A stretch of 64,000 nt of DNA, taken from Bacteroidia bacterium. Lineage in GTDB: Bacteria; Bacteroidota; Bacteroidia; UBA8524. The stretch covers positions 9,039 to 73,038 of the forward strand of contig OZ244977.1 of assembly GCA_965222995.1 (NCBI GenBank). The letters are read 5' to 3'. Positions 27,715-37,702 of the stretch are shown one piece after another (position 1 is the stretch's first letter; each line of letters starts with the position of its first letter). The notes under the pieces were generated by a model. The model did not search any database and was not told the origin of the DNA. It saw only the letters and a list, made by a program, of their open reading frames with translations. A program made the translations under genes and the position numbers.

Positions 27715-30510
27715 ATGAGCGATGATAAAAAGCTGTTTCTGCTTGATGGAATGGCATTAATATACCGTGCTTTTTTTGCTTTTAACCAAAATCCACGGAT
27801 AACATCTTTTGGTTTAAATACCAATGCACCTTACGGATTTACCAATACACTTTTAGATATTCTTAAACGTGAAAACCCTACCCATATAGCGGTGGTTTTT
27901 GATACCGATAAACCAACTCCGCGACACATAGAGTATGAAGAGTATAAAGCCAATAGGGAGGCTATGCCTGAAGACCTATCACGTTCAATACCCTATGTAT
28001 TTAAAATAATTGAAGGATTTAATATACCCGTAATAACCCTTGATGGGTACGAAGCTGATGATATTATAGGTACACTAGCCAAAAAAGCCGAAAAGAAAGG
28101 GTATACCACTTATATGATGACTCCCGATAAAGATTTCGGGCAATTGGTGAGTGAGAAAATATTTATGTATAAGCCCGGTAGGCAAGGCAAAGAATTTGAA
28201 ATACTAGGGGTGCCGGAAGTGCTTGAAAAATGGGGAGGTATTGAAAGTGTGGAGCAGGTAATAGACATTTTAGGTTTAATGGGTGATGCGGTTGATAATA
28301 TTCCCGGTATACAAGGCGTGGGAGAAAAAACAGCCATAAAGCTGGTAAAGCAATTTGGTAGTGTTGAAAATTTGGTAGCCAATACAGACCAACTTAAAGG
28401 AAAGCAAAAAGAGAAAGTAGAAGAACAGTCTGATATGGCTATACTTTCTAAAAAATTAGCAACTATTATTATAGATGTTCCTATAGATTTAGATGAAAAA
28501 GGTTTGGTAAAAGAAGAGCCTAATGAAGAAGCTCTAAAGGAAATTTTTACCGAATTAGAATTCAGAACCATGGCGAAACGGCTTTTTAATGAGGAATTGC
28601 CGGCAGGAGAAGAGAAAGGAAGCCAACAGAGCCTTTTTGGAGGTAATGGTACCCCCACACAAAATGCAGCCCAACCCGCTCAAAGCGATGGGGCTTTTAA
28701 AACAGCGGCAACTACACCGCACCACTATGAAATAAGTGATACCAAAGAAAAAAGAGCAGCTTTAATACAGTTGCTAAACACAACACCCGAGTGGTGTTTT
28801 GATACTGAAACCACATCGTTAAATGCTATTGATGCCGATGTTGTGGGGATGTCTTTTGCTTTAAAACCGCATGAAGCATACTACGTACCTGTACCAAAAG
28901 AAAGAGAAGAAGCCCAAGCCATTTTAGATGAGTTTAAAACCGCATTTGAAAACCCGGCGAGTACCAAAATAGGGCAAAACATCAAATACGATTTACTGGT
29001 GCTTCAAAACTATAATATACAACTGCAAGGCACTTTGTTTGATACCATGCTAACCCACTATTTACTTGAGCCTGATAAAAGGCACAATATGGATGCGCTG
29101 GCAGAAAATTATTTAAACTATAAAACCATCTCTATAGAAACACTTATAGGGAAAAAGGGTAAGAACCAACTAAATATGCGCGATGTTGAGGTAGAGAAAG
29201 TAGCCGAGTATGCAGCCGAAGATGCTGATATTACATTGCGTTTAAAAAAAATCCTTGCACCACAATTGGATGAGAAAAATGCCCGCTATGTACTTGAAAA
29301 AGTAGAATCTCCATTAATTACCGTATTGGCTGATATGGAGCGCGAGGGTGTTAGAATAGATAAAGAAATGCTTGCCAACTTTTCTGGCGAACTGGAAAAA
29401 GATATTGCCCAACTTGAAAAGGATATTTATAAACTGGCAGGCGTAGAGTTTAATATAGCATCTCCTAAACAATTAGGCGAGGTATTATTTGATAAGCTAC
29501 AATTGGATGCAAAAGCTAAGAAAACTAAAACCGGGCAATACAAAACCGATGAGGAGGTATTAACTAACTTAGCCCGTGAGCACGAAATAGCCCAAAAAAT
29601 TATTGATTTTCGCCAACTGCAAAAGCTAAAATCTACCTATGTGGATGCATTGCCACTGCTTATTAATCAAAAATCAGGCAGGGTACATACCTCTTTCAAT
29701 CAGGCAGTAGCAGCTACAGGTAGGCTAAGCAGTACCGACCCTAACTTGCAAAATATACCAATTCGTACGGATAGGGGTAGAGAAGTTCGTAAAGCATTTA
29801 TCCCTCGCGATGAAAACCATGTTTTGCTTAGTGCAGATTATTCGCAAATAGAGTTACGTATTGTAGCTGCCATAAGCAATGATAAAGGGATGATAGAAGA
29901 CTTTAAAAAAGGCTTAGACATCCACACGGCTACCGCAGCAAAAGTATTTGGAGTAAGCTTTGAAGATGTTGATAGGGATATGCGCCGAAAAGCCAAAATG
30001 GTGAACTTTGGTATTATTTACGGTATATCAGCCTTTGGTTTATCGCAACGTCTTGAAATACCGCGTAAAGAAGCAGCATCAATTATAGAAAGTTATTTCA
30101 TTCAGTATCCTGATATTAAACGTTACATGAATGATACTATAGAGAGTGCAAAAGAGAAAGGCTATGTAGAAACATTGCTGGGAAGAAGGAGGTATTTAAG
30201 AGACATAAACTCATCAAACCATACAGTACGTGGGTTTGCCGAGCGAAATGCCATTAATGCCCCTATACAGGGAAGTGCGGCAGATATGATAAAACTGGCA
30301 ATGATAAGCATCCATCAACAACTGAAAGAGAAAGCACTACAATCAAAAATGATTTTGCAGGTGCATGACGAATTGCTGTTTGATGTATATAAGCCCGAGT
30401 TGGAAGACTTAAAGCCTATTATTAAAAAGGAAATGATGGGAGCTATGGATTTAGAAGTACCCTTAGAAGTAGAAATGGGGGTTGGGCAAAATTGGTTGGA
30501 AGCCCACTAA
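27715..30510 (+). CDS. polA: DNA polymerase I
   Basis: 5'-3' exonuclease (LLDG...YRAFF, EADD), 3'-5' exonuclease (FDTET, YAAEDAD), polymerase (ADYSQIELR, AKMVNFGIIYG, QVHDEL); -7 box 27676-27683. Confidence 0.98.
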   Translation: MSDDKKLFLLDGMALIYRAFFAFNQNPRITSFGLNTNAPYGFTNTLLDILKRENPTHIAVVFDTDKPTPRHIEYEEYKANREAMPEDLSRSIPYVFKIIEGFNIPVITLDGYEADDIIGTLAKKAEKKGYTTYMMTPDKDFGQLVSEKIFMYKPGRQGKEFEILGVPEVLEKWGGIESVEQVIDILGLMGDAVDNIPGIQGVGEKTAIKLVKQFGSVENLVANTDQLKGKQKEKVEEQSDMAILSKKLATIIIDVPIDLDEKGLVKEEPNEEALKEIFTELEFRTMAKRLFNEELPAGEEKGSQQSLFGGNGTPTQNAAQPAQSDGAFKTAATTPHHYEISDTKEKRAALIQLLNTTPEWCFDTETTSLNAIDADVVGMSFALKPHEAYYVPVPKEREEAQAILDEFKTAFENPASTKIGQNIKYDLLVLQNYNIQLQGTLFDTMLTHYLLEPDKRHNMDALAENYLNYKTISIETLIGKKGKNQLNMRDVEVEKVAEYAAEDADITLRLKKILAPQLDEKNARYVLEKVESPLITVLADMEREGVRIDKEMLANFSGELEKDIAQLEKDIYKLAGVEFNIASPKQLGEVLFDKLQLDAKAKKTKTGQYKTDEEVLTNLAREHEIAQKIIDFRQLQKLKSTYVDALPLLINQKSGRVHTSFNQAVAATGRLSSTDPNLQNIPIRTDRGREVRKAFIPRDENHVLLSADYSQIELRIVAAISNDKGMIEDFKKGLDIHTATAAKVFGVSFEDVDRDMRRKAKMVNFGIIYGISAFGLSQRLEIPRKEAASIIESYFIQYPDIKRYMNDTIESAKEKGYVETLLGRRRYLRDINSSNHTVRGFAERNAINAPIQGSAADMIKLAMISIHQQLKEKALQSKMILQVHDELLFDVYKPELEDLKPIIKKEMMGAMDLEVPLEVEMGVGQNWLEAH

Positions 30511-31028
30511 GACGACTTCTTTTTTCGGGAAGACTTTTTGTTAAACTCAAACCAGTTGTAACAACCTTTCGCAATAAGGGTTTTCACAATATCACCCAGT
30601 TTAGGTTTACTCCACCCAATAGAGCTACCCGAAAGGGTTACCCATTTTTTATTATTTCTGTATAAAGTAAGCAAAGAGCTTCTTTTAAAAACCCCTTTTT
30701 TCTTTTGTAACGACTGTTTGTTGAACCTGTATTTAATTCTGGTATAATCAACTGTGGTTTTAAACGGCACAAACAGAAACTTTTTTCCTCTAACAGTAAT
30801 TTTACCGTTTTCAAAATGTACTTTCTCAGCTTCGCGTTTAGGCAAATAAATTAATAAGCTTAAGGCTACTATAGCTATTTCAGCCATATAAAACTTATCT
30901 AAACCAAGTTTTAAATAAAACAATGGAAAAGCAATAAGGTTAAGTATAAACAGCATACGGAACAGCCTAAAAAGAAGCGATGCTGTTGCTCCTCCACCCG
31001 ATTCGTTTAATTTAAATGTCTCAGCCAT
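30507..31028 (-). CDS. Hypothetical membrane protein
   Basis: Two N-terminal TM helices and basic soluble domain; last gene of a three-gene run. Confidence 0.6.
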   Translation of the reverse strand: MAETFKLNESGGGATASLLFRLFRMLFILNLIAFPLFYLKLGLDKFYMAEIAIVALSLLIYLPKREAEKVHFENGKITVRGKKFLFVPFKTTVDYTRIKYRFNKQSLQKKKGVFKRSSLLTLYRNNKKWVTLSGSSIGWSKPKLGDIVKTLIAKGCYNWFEFNKKSSRKKKSS

Positions 31029-31033
31029 TAAGC

Positions 31034-32035
31034 CTAATTAATTGTGGCAACTTTTGCAATTATAAGTATAATGAAAAAGAGAGCAAAGAGAGTTTCTCTC
31101 CAAAAAGCTCTTTTTGTTTTCAAAAAATAATATGAAAGGAAAACCGAAAAGGGTAAAGCCAGTAAGGTAAGCGACTGGTTTAAAGGAGAAGAACTGAAAA
31201 TTACACCAGCAATACCGCTAAGTAAAAAAAGTAGTAAAAGCTGCTGAGACCTTCTTGTTCTTATAGTATTTTTTGAAAAGTTTACTTGCAAGGTTAAAAG
31301 TCCAATTAGCAATACAAACAATATGTAGCCCCAAATCATATAATCGGTTACACTAATAGAAGTAAAACGTTCGATATTGAAGACTAAAAAATCAAAGTTA
31401 AAAAACTTTGCATAGTTCACCCAGTCTCCATCAACCAAATAATAACCTATTGCCAAAAAATAAATGGGTATAGACATGCCTGTGAGCAGTAGCAAAAAGT
31501 TTCTAAACGTTAAATACCCGGCAACTACAAGCGCAATTATCAATGAAGGGAAGAACCAAATAGACTCCGGCAAAATGCAAAAAGCAGATGCCACAAAAAA
31601 ACCCATATCCAGAAACGGAGTGGTTTTAATATTTCTGGGGTCTAATGAAAGGTACTTGAATACTAATAACATACAAAATATTGAGGCTAATAGCTGAGGA
31701 GTTATAATATTTTGCACACCATATATATGACAGAGATAAAAAAAGAAAAATGCCGGGAATACGGATTGTCTAAACAGCACCTCTTTGTCATTAATAAGAA
31801 AATTAAGAACAAAGCCAATACTAAGTGAAAGTATAAATGCAATGGCTATTGAAATATAAAAACCGTTTATGTTTTGATGAAAAGCAGGCAACCAACTTGA
31901 AAGAAGCGGGCTAGAGCTAAAAACAGTAGTAGTGGAACTATTTATAAAAAAAATGTTTAATGCTTGTATGCCTAATGCAAAAAGCACAACCCAAACCAGG
32001 TTGCCGAATAACTTATTTCTGAAGAGGTTTAACAA
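31034..32035 (-). CDS. Conserved Bacteroidota polytopic membrane protein (DUF6427-like)
   Basis: About 9 TM segments; recognised pattern only. Confidence 0.55.
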   Translation of the reverse strand: MLNLFRNKLFGNLVWVVLFALGIQALNIFFINSSTTTVFSSSPLLSSWLPAFHQNINGFYISIAIAFILSLSIGFVLNFLINDKEVLFRQSVFPAFFFFYLCHIYGVQNIITPQLLASIFCMLLVFKYLSLDPRNIKTTPFLDMGFFVASAFCILPESIWFFPSLIIALVVAGYLTFRNFLLLLTGMSIPIYFLAIGYYLVDGDWVNYAKFFNFDFLVFNIERFTSISVTDYMIWGYILFVLLIGLLTLQVNFSKNTIRTRRSQQLLLLFLLSGIAGVIFSSSPLNQSLTLLALPFSVFLSYYFLKTKRAFWRETLFALFFIILIIAKVATIN

Positions 32036-32039
32036 CAGC

Positions 32040-33515
32040 TTAGTTAAGCATCAGTTTTACAAAGGCAAATTTACGGTCTTTTGCTGCAGGAAATAAAATT
32101 GTTGCAGCGTCAAGTTGTTGCGCTTCGCGAGGTACTACTGCAATACTAATATTTTGAGTTTTAAAAAGCAGTTCGCTATCCATATTGCCGTTATTGTCTA
32201 AAGTATATTTGGTTACTTCAGAGTTCCCCCTATCCTCGTCATTATAAAAAATAGCAACGTTTGTTTTAGAGGGTATAACATAGATTGAACTGTAATACCC
32301 TAAATCTTGTGATGAACTTTGGTTTTTGTTTATCACCTTAGTCCACTCAATTTCTCCTTTTTTGTTAACCAGCAGAACAGCTATTTTCCCGTAATTAAAA
32401 ATATCGCGGCTACCTACCTGCATCATTCCGTTAATAGAGAAAGTATAGGTTTGGGTGGTAGTATAAAACTCTTCAGCAACAAAAAGGTATCCGCTATCGC
32501 TATGTGGTACTATTTTTCGCACATACAAATTTCTAAGTTCTTCTCCTCTTTCTGCAGCATATTTACCAATTACATCAGCTACAAAATTTTGAGGATAAGG
32601 GATAAATGAATGATACAGTTTTGTATGCGAAGTAGCATCAATAGCAAAATCAAGTAAGCCTTTGCTATATCCTGCATTTTTTAGCGAGTAAAACCCTGCT
32701 ACAATTACTTTGTTGCCTAGTCTGTCTATACTCAATGAGGGACGACTAAGGTAAGTGTCTTTATTATTTAAGTAGAAATTACTAAGCTTATTAGAATTTA
32801 AATCATAAGCAAACAAATAGTATCCAAAACGCTCAAACTCTCTTTTTTTCTTAGTATCATCTTCTGCTCTAAAAATAAAATAAGCATTGCCATTATTAGC
32901 AACTTTAAAATCTAACCTGTGAAACCGCTTGTATTTAAATGGAAGCTCTACCCTTTTCCGCCCGATTTCTGTCATATCGGGGGCATTAAGAATTAATATC
33001 TCTATGATGATATTCTTATTTGAAGCAATTTCAGTGTGGAAACATAATAGCTTTTTCTTATCGTTAGATAAATCTAAAATATAGTCTCCCTCATCAGAAT
33101 AATCTCTTTGCGGGCTGGTCATAACTACTTTTTCTTTACCTTTTGGTTCTGCCTCAATAGAGTATGATTGATGGATTAAATTAATAGTACGTGTTTTACG
33201 GCTGTATTTGCTTTTAAAAACCTCCAAACCGTGTTCGTAAACAAAAGCATCCTCAAGTTGTGCCCTTTTTAAACCCGGTAAAAGCTTATTATACATTTGC
33301 CCCATGTTTTCACGAAACATTTGCACATAAACCTTACGGTTTACAAAGCGGCTTTTGCTCCTAAGCGTATAAATACCGCTTGAGTTTTGCCCTAAAACAC
33401 GGGTAAACGCAGTTCTGTTTCTAAACTTTTCAGCATTAGACCATTCAGCATCCTGAGCGAAGGTTGCTGTTGTAAAAAACAGAGCAGAGAAAACTATATA
33501 TAAACTTCTTTTCAC
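32040..33515 (-). CDS. Hypothetical exported beta-rich protein
   Basis: Signal peptide ending TFA; beta-strand-rich body. Confidence 0.65.
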   Translation of the reverse strand: MKRSLYIVFSALFFTTATFAQDAEWSNAEKFRNRTAFTRVLGQNSSGIYTLRSKSRFVNRKVYVQMFRENMGQMYNKLLPGLKRAQLEDAFVYEHGLEVFKSKYSRKTRTINLIHQSYSIEAEPKGKEKVVMTSPQRDYSDEGDYILDLSNDKKKLLCFHTEIASNKNIIIEILILNAPDMTEIGRKRVELPFKYKRFHRLDFKVANNGNAYFIFRAEDDTKKKREFERFGYYLFAYDLNSNKLSNFYLNNKDTYLSRPSLSIDRLGNKVIVAGFYSLKNAGYSKGLLDFAIDATSHTKLYHSFIPYPQNFVADVIGKYAAERGEELRNLYVRKIVPHSDSGYLFVAEEFYTTTQTYTFSINGMMQVGSRDIFNYGKIAVLLVNKKGEIEWTKVINKNQSSSQDLGYYSSIYVIPSKTNVAIFYNDEDRGNSEVTKYTLDNNGNMDSELLFKTQNISIAVVPREAQQLDAATILFPAAKDRKFAFVKLMLN

Positions 33516-33573
33516 TTACTAGTTATAACTATATAACGCTAATTTTAGTGTACAAGTTTACTAAGATAAACAA

Positions 33574-34590
33574 TTAATACCGCCATTTATTAGCTATTGC
33601 CACTAAAGATAGCATTATAGGTACTTCAGTAAGTACACCGACAACAGTAGTTAAAGCAGCACCGGAATTTAAGCCGAACAAAGAAATAGCAACAGCAACA
33701 GCTAACTCAAAGAAATTGCTTGCGCCAATCATAGCAGAGGGAGCACATATTGTATGGGGCAACTTAAGCCACTTTCCTGAAAACCAAGCAACAAAAAAAA
33801 TGAAATACGTTTGTATGGTTAGCGGGATAGCAATTAATACAATTACAAGCGGGTTGTTTAAAATTACCTTTCCTTGTAAGGCAAATAAAATTACTAAAGT
33901 TAAAAGCAAAGTAAGTATGGATAAGGGTTTTAGCGAGGGTAAAAACTTTTGCTTAAACCAGGCTTCTCCCTTGCTTTTAATGAGTACTTTGTTTGATAAC
34001 CAACCGGTTACTAGCGGTACAACCACAAAAAGAATTACCGAGCTAAGAAGAGTATTGTATGGAATACTAATGTTTGTTATTCCCAACAACAAGCCAACTA
34101 TTGGCACAAAAAGTAATAGAATTAAAATATCATTTATAGAAACTTGTACAAGCGTATACAAAGCGTTTCCTTTACTAAGGTACGACCACACAAAAACCAT
34201 TGCTGTACATGGAGCAGCCCCAAGCAATATAGCTCCCGCGATATAATCGTTTGCCAAGGGAAGATTAAAAACTTTGCTTAAGAAAAGCCAAGCAAACAAT
34301 GCCATGCTAAAAGGTTTAACCAGCCAGTTTATTACCAACGTAAGCCCTAAACCTTTGGGAAACTGCTTAAAGCTTTTTATGCTGCCAAAGTCTATTTGCA
34401 CCATCATAGGGTATATCATACCCCAAACCAAAACAGCTATAACTAAATTTATTTCATAAACCTCAAATGTGCTTATCAGGACAAAAAAATCAGGAAACAG
34501 CTTACCCAATACTATACCTGTGGCAATACAAAGCAGTACCCATAGGCTTAAGTACTTTTCAAAGAAACCAAGCGGAGAGTTATTTTCCAT
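33574..34590 (-). CDS. acr3: Arsenite efflux transporter Acr3
   Basis: FFEKYLSLWV, MIYPMM, LVINWLVKPF, APCTAMVFVWS, ASNFFELAVA, GVLTEVP. Confidence 0.95.
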   Translation of the reverse strand: MENNSPLGFFEKYLSLWVLLCIATGIVLGKLFPDFFVLISTFEVYEINLVIAVLVWGMIYPMMVQIDFGSIKSFKQFPKGLGLTLVINWLVKPFSMALFAWLFLSKVFNLPLANDYIAGAILLGAAPCTAMVFVWSYLSKGNALYTLVQVSINDILILLLFVPIVGLLLGITNISIPYNTLLSSVILFVVVPLVTGWLSNKVLIKSKGEAWFKQKFLPSLKPLSILTLLLTLVILFALQGKVILNNPLVIVLIAIPLTIQTYFIFFVAWFSGKWLKLPHTICAPSAMIGASNFFELAVAVAISLFGLNSGAALTTVVGVLTEVPIMLSLVAIANKWRY

Positions 34591-35286
34591 TTACTTTATG
34601 TTGGCAAACACATAAAACACTTCTCTGGCTATTTGGCGGCAACGTTCATCGTATTTTTCAGCTTCTTGTGGTGTGCCATCAAAGGCTTTTGGGTCGTCAT
34701 AGGGCAATGAGATACGTTCTTCAGCACCTTGAACCAAAGGGCACTTTTCATCAGCGTCGCTGCACACCATAATTGCTGCAAAACCACCTCTAGGGTTACT
34801 AAAATCTCCATATAGTTTAGAGTATAGCGTGCTACCCGTTTCTTTCTCTGTACTTTTAACTTCGTACTGTGGGTTAATACCTTCAGATTTTTTAACAATC
34901 GAAAAACCGGCACGCTTCAAAGCAGCTATTGTACGAGGGTTACATGCAGTTACCTCAATACCTCCTGAATATGTTTTAGCTCCCTCTATTCCGTAATATT
35001 TTGCTGCGGTAGCAGCCCAAACCTGTCCAAATTGGCTACGACGTGAATTATGCGTACAAATAAACATGAGTTGTACACTGCTTTCGGCTTCTAGCTTTTT
35101 TTTGGCGTAAGCTATTATTTCTGTTAAGGTTTTTTTGCGCTCTTGGGGTATTTGGTTAAACTCATTAGCTATACTATCACAATAGCCTTTAAGCTTAGGG
35201 GTAAAGGTAGTTTGTTTGCTGTCTTGCATGGCAAAAACTATAATTAAGAAGAGGGTTAGTGCTATAGATAAAAATATACTTCGCAT
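34591..35286 (-). CDS. LMW-PTP-fold arsenate reductase-like protein (start re-called at ATG 35286, 4 nt after arsR stop)
   Basis: FICTHNSRRSQ P-loop (CX5R), MVCSDADEKCP, YDDPK; between arsR and acr3. Confidence 0.8.
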   Translation of the reverse strand: MRSIFLSIALTLFLIIVFAMQDSKQTTFTPKLKGYCDSIANEFNQIPQERKKTLTEIIAYAKKKLEAESSVQLMFICTHNSRRSQFGQVWAATAAKYYGIEGAKTYSGGIEVTACNPRTIAALKRAGFSIVKKSEGINPQYEVKSTEKETGSTLYSKLYGDFSNPRGGFAAIMVCSDADEKCPLVQGAEERISLPYDDPKAFDGTPQEAEKYDERCRQIAREVFYVFANIK

Positions 35287-35290
35287 GGGC

Positions 35291-35620
35291 TTAACAACAA
35301 TTATTATTAGGGACATGGCCTTCTAGCAACAAGTTTAGCTCAGCCTTCATCATATTCCAAGTAGAGGTATTTATGCAATAATTTATTTTAGTTCCTTCAA
35401 CATCACCCTTAATAATACCAGCTTCTTTCAGTTCTTTAAGATGTTGTGATATGGTAGCTTGTGCTAAAGGAAGTTCATCCAATAAATCAGTACCTACACA
35501 ACTGTTGGTTTTAAGCATATGCTGGATAATAGCTATACGGGCAGGGTGTGCCAAAGCCTTTAACCAAGTGGCTACTTGGTTTTGGTTTTCAGTAAAATAT
35601 TCCGTTTTGCTGCTTCCCAT
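35291..35620 (-). CDS. arsR: ArsR/SmtB family repressor
   Basis: KALAHPARI, LPLAQATISQHLKELK.AGII wHTH; C-terminal CC. Confidence 0.92.
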   Translation of the reverse strand: MGSSKTEYFTENQNQVATWLKALAHPARIAIIQHMLKTNSCVGTDLLDELPLAQATISQHLKELKEAGIIKGDVEGTKINYCINTSTWNMMKAELNLLLEGHVPNNNCC

Positions 35621-35623
35621 TGT

Positions 35624-35645
35624 TTCATCGCAATATTACGATGAA
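35624..35645. promoter_or_regulatory. Likely ArsR operator
   Basis: TTCATCGcAATATTaCGATGAA: 22-bp palindrome with one mismatched pair, 3 nt upstream of arsR ATG. Confidence 0.75.
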
Positions 35646-35707
35646 TAAGAAGAAACTATGTTAAATTAATTAAAAGTAGAAGTGAAGAGAATGTAAAATC
35701 ATTTGTT

Positions 35708-36247
35708 TTAAGCAAAAACCTTTTCCATCAGTTTATCTATGCCTTTTTCTTTCTGCATCAGTCTGTCGCTGTAATAATTACAAGTAAGTTTCAACAGTTG
35801 TGGCTTATCTTCTTCCAAAAAAACTTCAATAGTTACATTACCAAATTTGCGGTCTATCTGTCCATTTTTAGTAAGAGGGGTGTATATTGAAGGTTTTAAA
35901 TAATGCCGTTCCACATTCTGCTTAGAGCCTCCGTCAAGCGTGATTTTCTTGCGGTCGCTCATATAATTCTTATAACCGTTTTTCAACAAAACCTCTTGTA
36001 TATGGTCCATCAGATAAGCAAAGTCACTCTCAAAAAAATCATCGCCATAATGCAATATCAGCATATTGTACTGTGGCTGTCGTATTATATCACAGCGCAT
36101 ATCACCATCACCAAAAAAAGAGGCTTCATAAACCAGTTTAAAAGTCTCTAATACCTGGGTTTTGCGGTTGCTGTTTTTCCACTCATTAAATGCATGTAAA
36201 TATTCTTCAGTTCTAGTTAAAGAAACGGGTTGCATAATATCCATCAT
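35708..36247 (-). CDS. Hypothetical protein
   Basis: 179-aa ORF with plausible composition; ERHYLKP motif; no function recognised. Confidence 0.65.
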   Translation of the reverse strand: MMDIMQPVSLTRTEEYLHAFNEWKNSNRKTQVLETFKLVYEASFFGDGDMRCDIIRQPQYNMLILHYGDDFFESDFAYLMDHIQEVLLKNGYKNYMSDRKKITLDGGSKQNVERHYLKPSIYTPLTKNGQIDRKFGNVTIEVFLEEDKPQLLKLTCNYYSDRLMQKEKGIDKLMEKVFA

Positions 36248-36379
36248 TGGCTAAACAGTGTTATAACTTTAAAGTTATACATTTTGGTATAAATGTGGAT
36301 GAATAAAATGTGCAAAAGGTTTGTTACAAAAGGAAATTCTACATTTTTCTTACATTTTAAGTAACGAGCCAATAAAGAA

Positions 36380-36434
36380 TTAGTGAAATTTTTTCACTAA
36401 AACTGCCGTTATGGCAGTAAAATATTTAATTTTG
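36380..36434 (+). promoter_or_regulatory. Two palindromes followed by -7 box upstream of sigma54-type activator
   Basis: TTAGTGAAA-ttt-TTTCACTAA (36380-36400), ACTGCC-gttat-GGCAGT (36403-36419), TAATTTTG (36427-36434). Confidence 0.55.
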
Positions 36435-36448
36435 AAGATAGTAAATCT

Positions 36449-37702
36449 ATGAATCTACAATCGGTAAAACAGCGGTTTGAAATTATAGGAAATTCAACCA
36501 TGCTAAACCTGGCATTGGAAACCGCAATGAAAGTTGCACCAACAGATATAACCGTACTTATAAACGGAGAAAGTGGGGTAGGAAAAGAAGCATTCTCAAA
36601 AATTATTCATCAACTAAGCAATAGAAAACACGGAAATTTTATAGCCATAAACTGCGGGGCTATACCTGAGGGAACTATAGATAGTGAATTGTTTGGACAC
36701 GAAAAAGGAGCATTTACAGGAGCACACGATACACGCAAAGGGTATTTTGAAACTGTTAGTGGGGGGACAATTTTTTTAGATGAAGTTGGTGAATTGCCTT
36801 TAGAAACACAGGCAAGGCTACTACGTGTTTTAGAAACGGGAGAGTTTATAAAAGTAGGCTCATCAAAAGCACAGAAAACAGATGTACGTGTTGTAGCTGC
36901 AACCAATAAAGATTTAAATGAGGCTACGGAAAAAGGAAAATTTAGGGAAGATTTATATTACCGCCTTTCAACGGTACCTATTAAAGTGCCTCCTTTGCGA
37001 GAAAGGGGAAATGATATTTACCTGCTGTTTCTGAAATTTAGCGATGTGTTTTCTGAAAAATATCGTACAGAACCCATTCAATTAAATGAAGAAGCTAAAC
37101 ATGTTTTGATGAATTACCGCTGGCCGGGGAATATTCGCCAGATGCGGAATTTAGTTGAGCAACTTAGCGTATTAGAAGCCGGTGAAACTATTGATGCAGC
37201 TACATTACTGAAATATTTGCCCAGTGATAGTAACAGCTTACCTGTATTGGCAAAAGAAAGTGCTAATGGAGGAAGTAATAACTTTAGTGAGCGTGATATC
37301 TTTTACAAAGTACTTTTTGATTTGCGAAACGATGTAATGGACTTGAAAAAGGTAGTGCTAGGCTTAGTAGAAAATGCTGATAACGGAAGTGAGTTTGTAG
37401 AGCACAATCAAGAATTGATAAAAAATGTGCTTGATGTAGACGATATTGATGTGCAAACTGCATCTGTTTCACGCAGCCCTGTGGTTTATTCGCCAACACA
37501 AACTAATGTAAGCAATAAAGAGGTTTTTGTAGAAGCTACCGATGCTAGTGAAGAAGAAAACTTATCATTAGAGCAAAAAGAGAAAGAAATGATAGTAAAA
37601 GCACTGGCAAAGCACAAGGGTAGGCGCAAAAAAGCAGCTAATGAGCTTGGTATTTCGGAACGGACATTGTACAGGAAGATAAAACAGTATGACATTGAGT
37701 AA
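36449..37702 (+). CDS. Sigma54-interacting AAA+ transcriptional regulator with Fis-type HTH, no receiver domain
   Basis: GESGVGKE, ELFGHEKGAFTGA, FLDEVGE, FREDLYYRL, WPGNIR, ELGISERTLYRK. Confidence 0.95.
   Translation: MNLQSVKQRFEIIGNSTMLNLALETAMKVAPTDITVLINGESGVGKEAFSKIIHQLSNRKHGNFIAINCGAIPEGTIDSELFGHEKGAFTGAHDTRKGYFETVSGGTIFLDEVGELPLETQARLLRVLETGEFIKVGSSKAQKTDVRVVAATNKDLNEATEKGKFREDLYYRLSTVPIKVPPLRERGNDIYLLFLKFSDVFSEKYRTEPIQLNEEAKHVLMNYRWPGNIRQMRNLVEQLSVLEAGETIDAATLLKYLPSDSNSLPVLAKESANGGSNNFSERDIFYKVLFDLRNDVMDLKKVVLGLVENADNGSEFVEHNQELIKNVLDVDDIDVQTASVSRSPVVYSPTQTNVSNKEVFVEATDASEEENLSLEQKEKEMIVKALAKHKGRRKKAANELGISERTLYRKIKQYDIE

Noticed and set aside
33716-34246. Long antisense ORFs (also 21035-21493, 21654-22316, 28110-28658 and other short track ORFs)
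   Set aside because: They lie opposite well-supported genes, have no recognisable motifs and no evident promoter or start context
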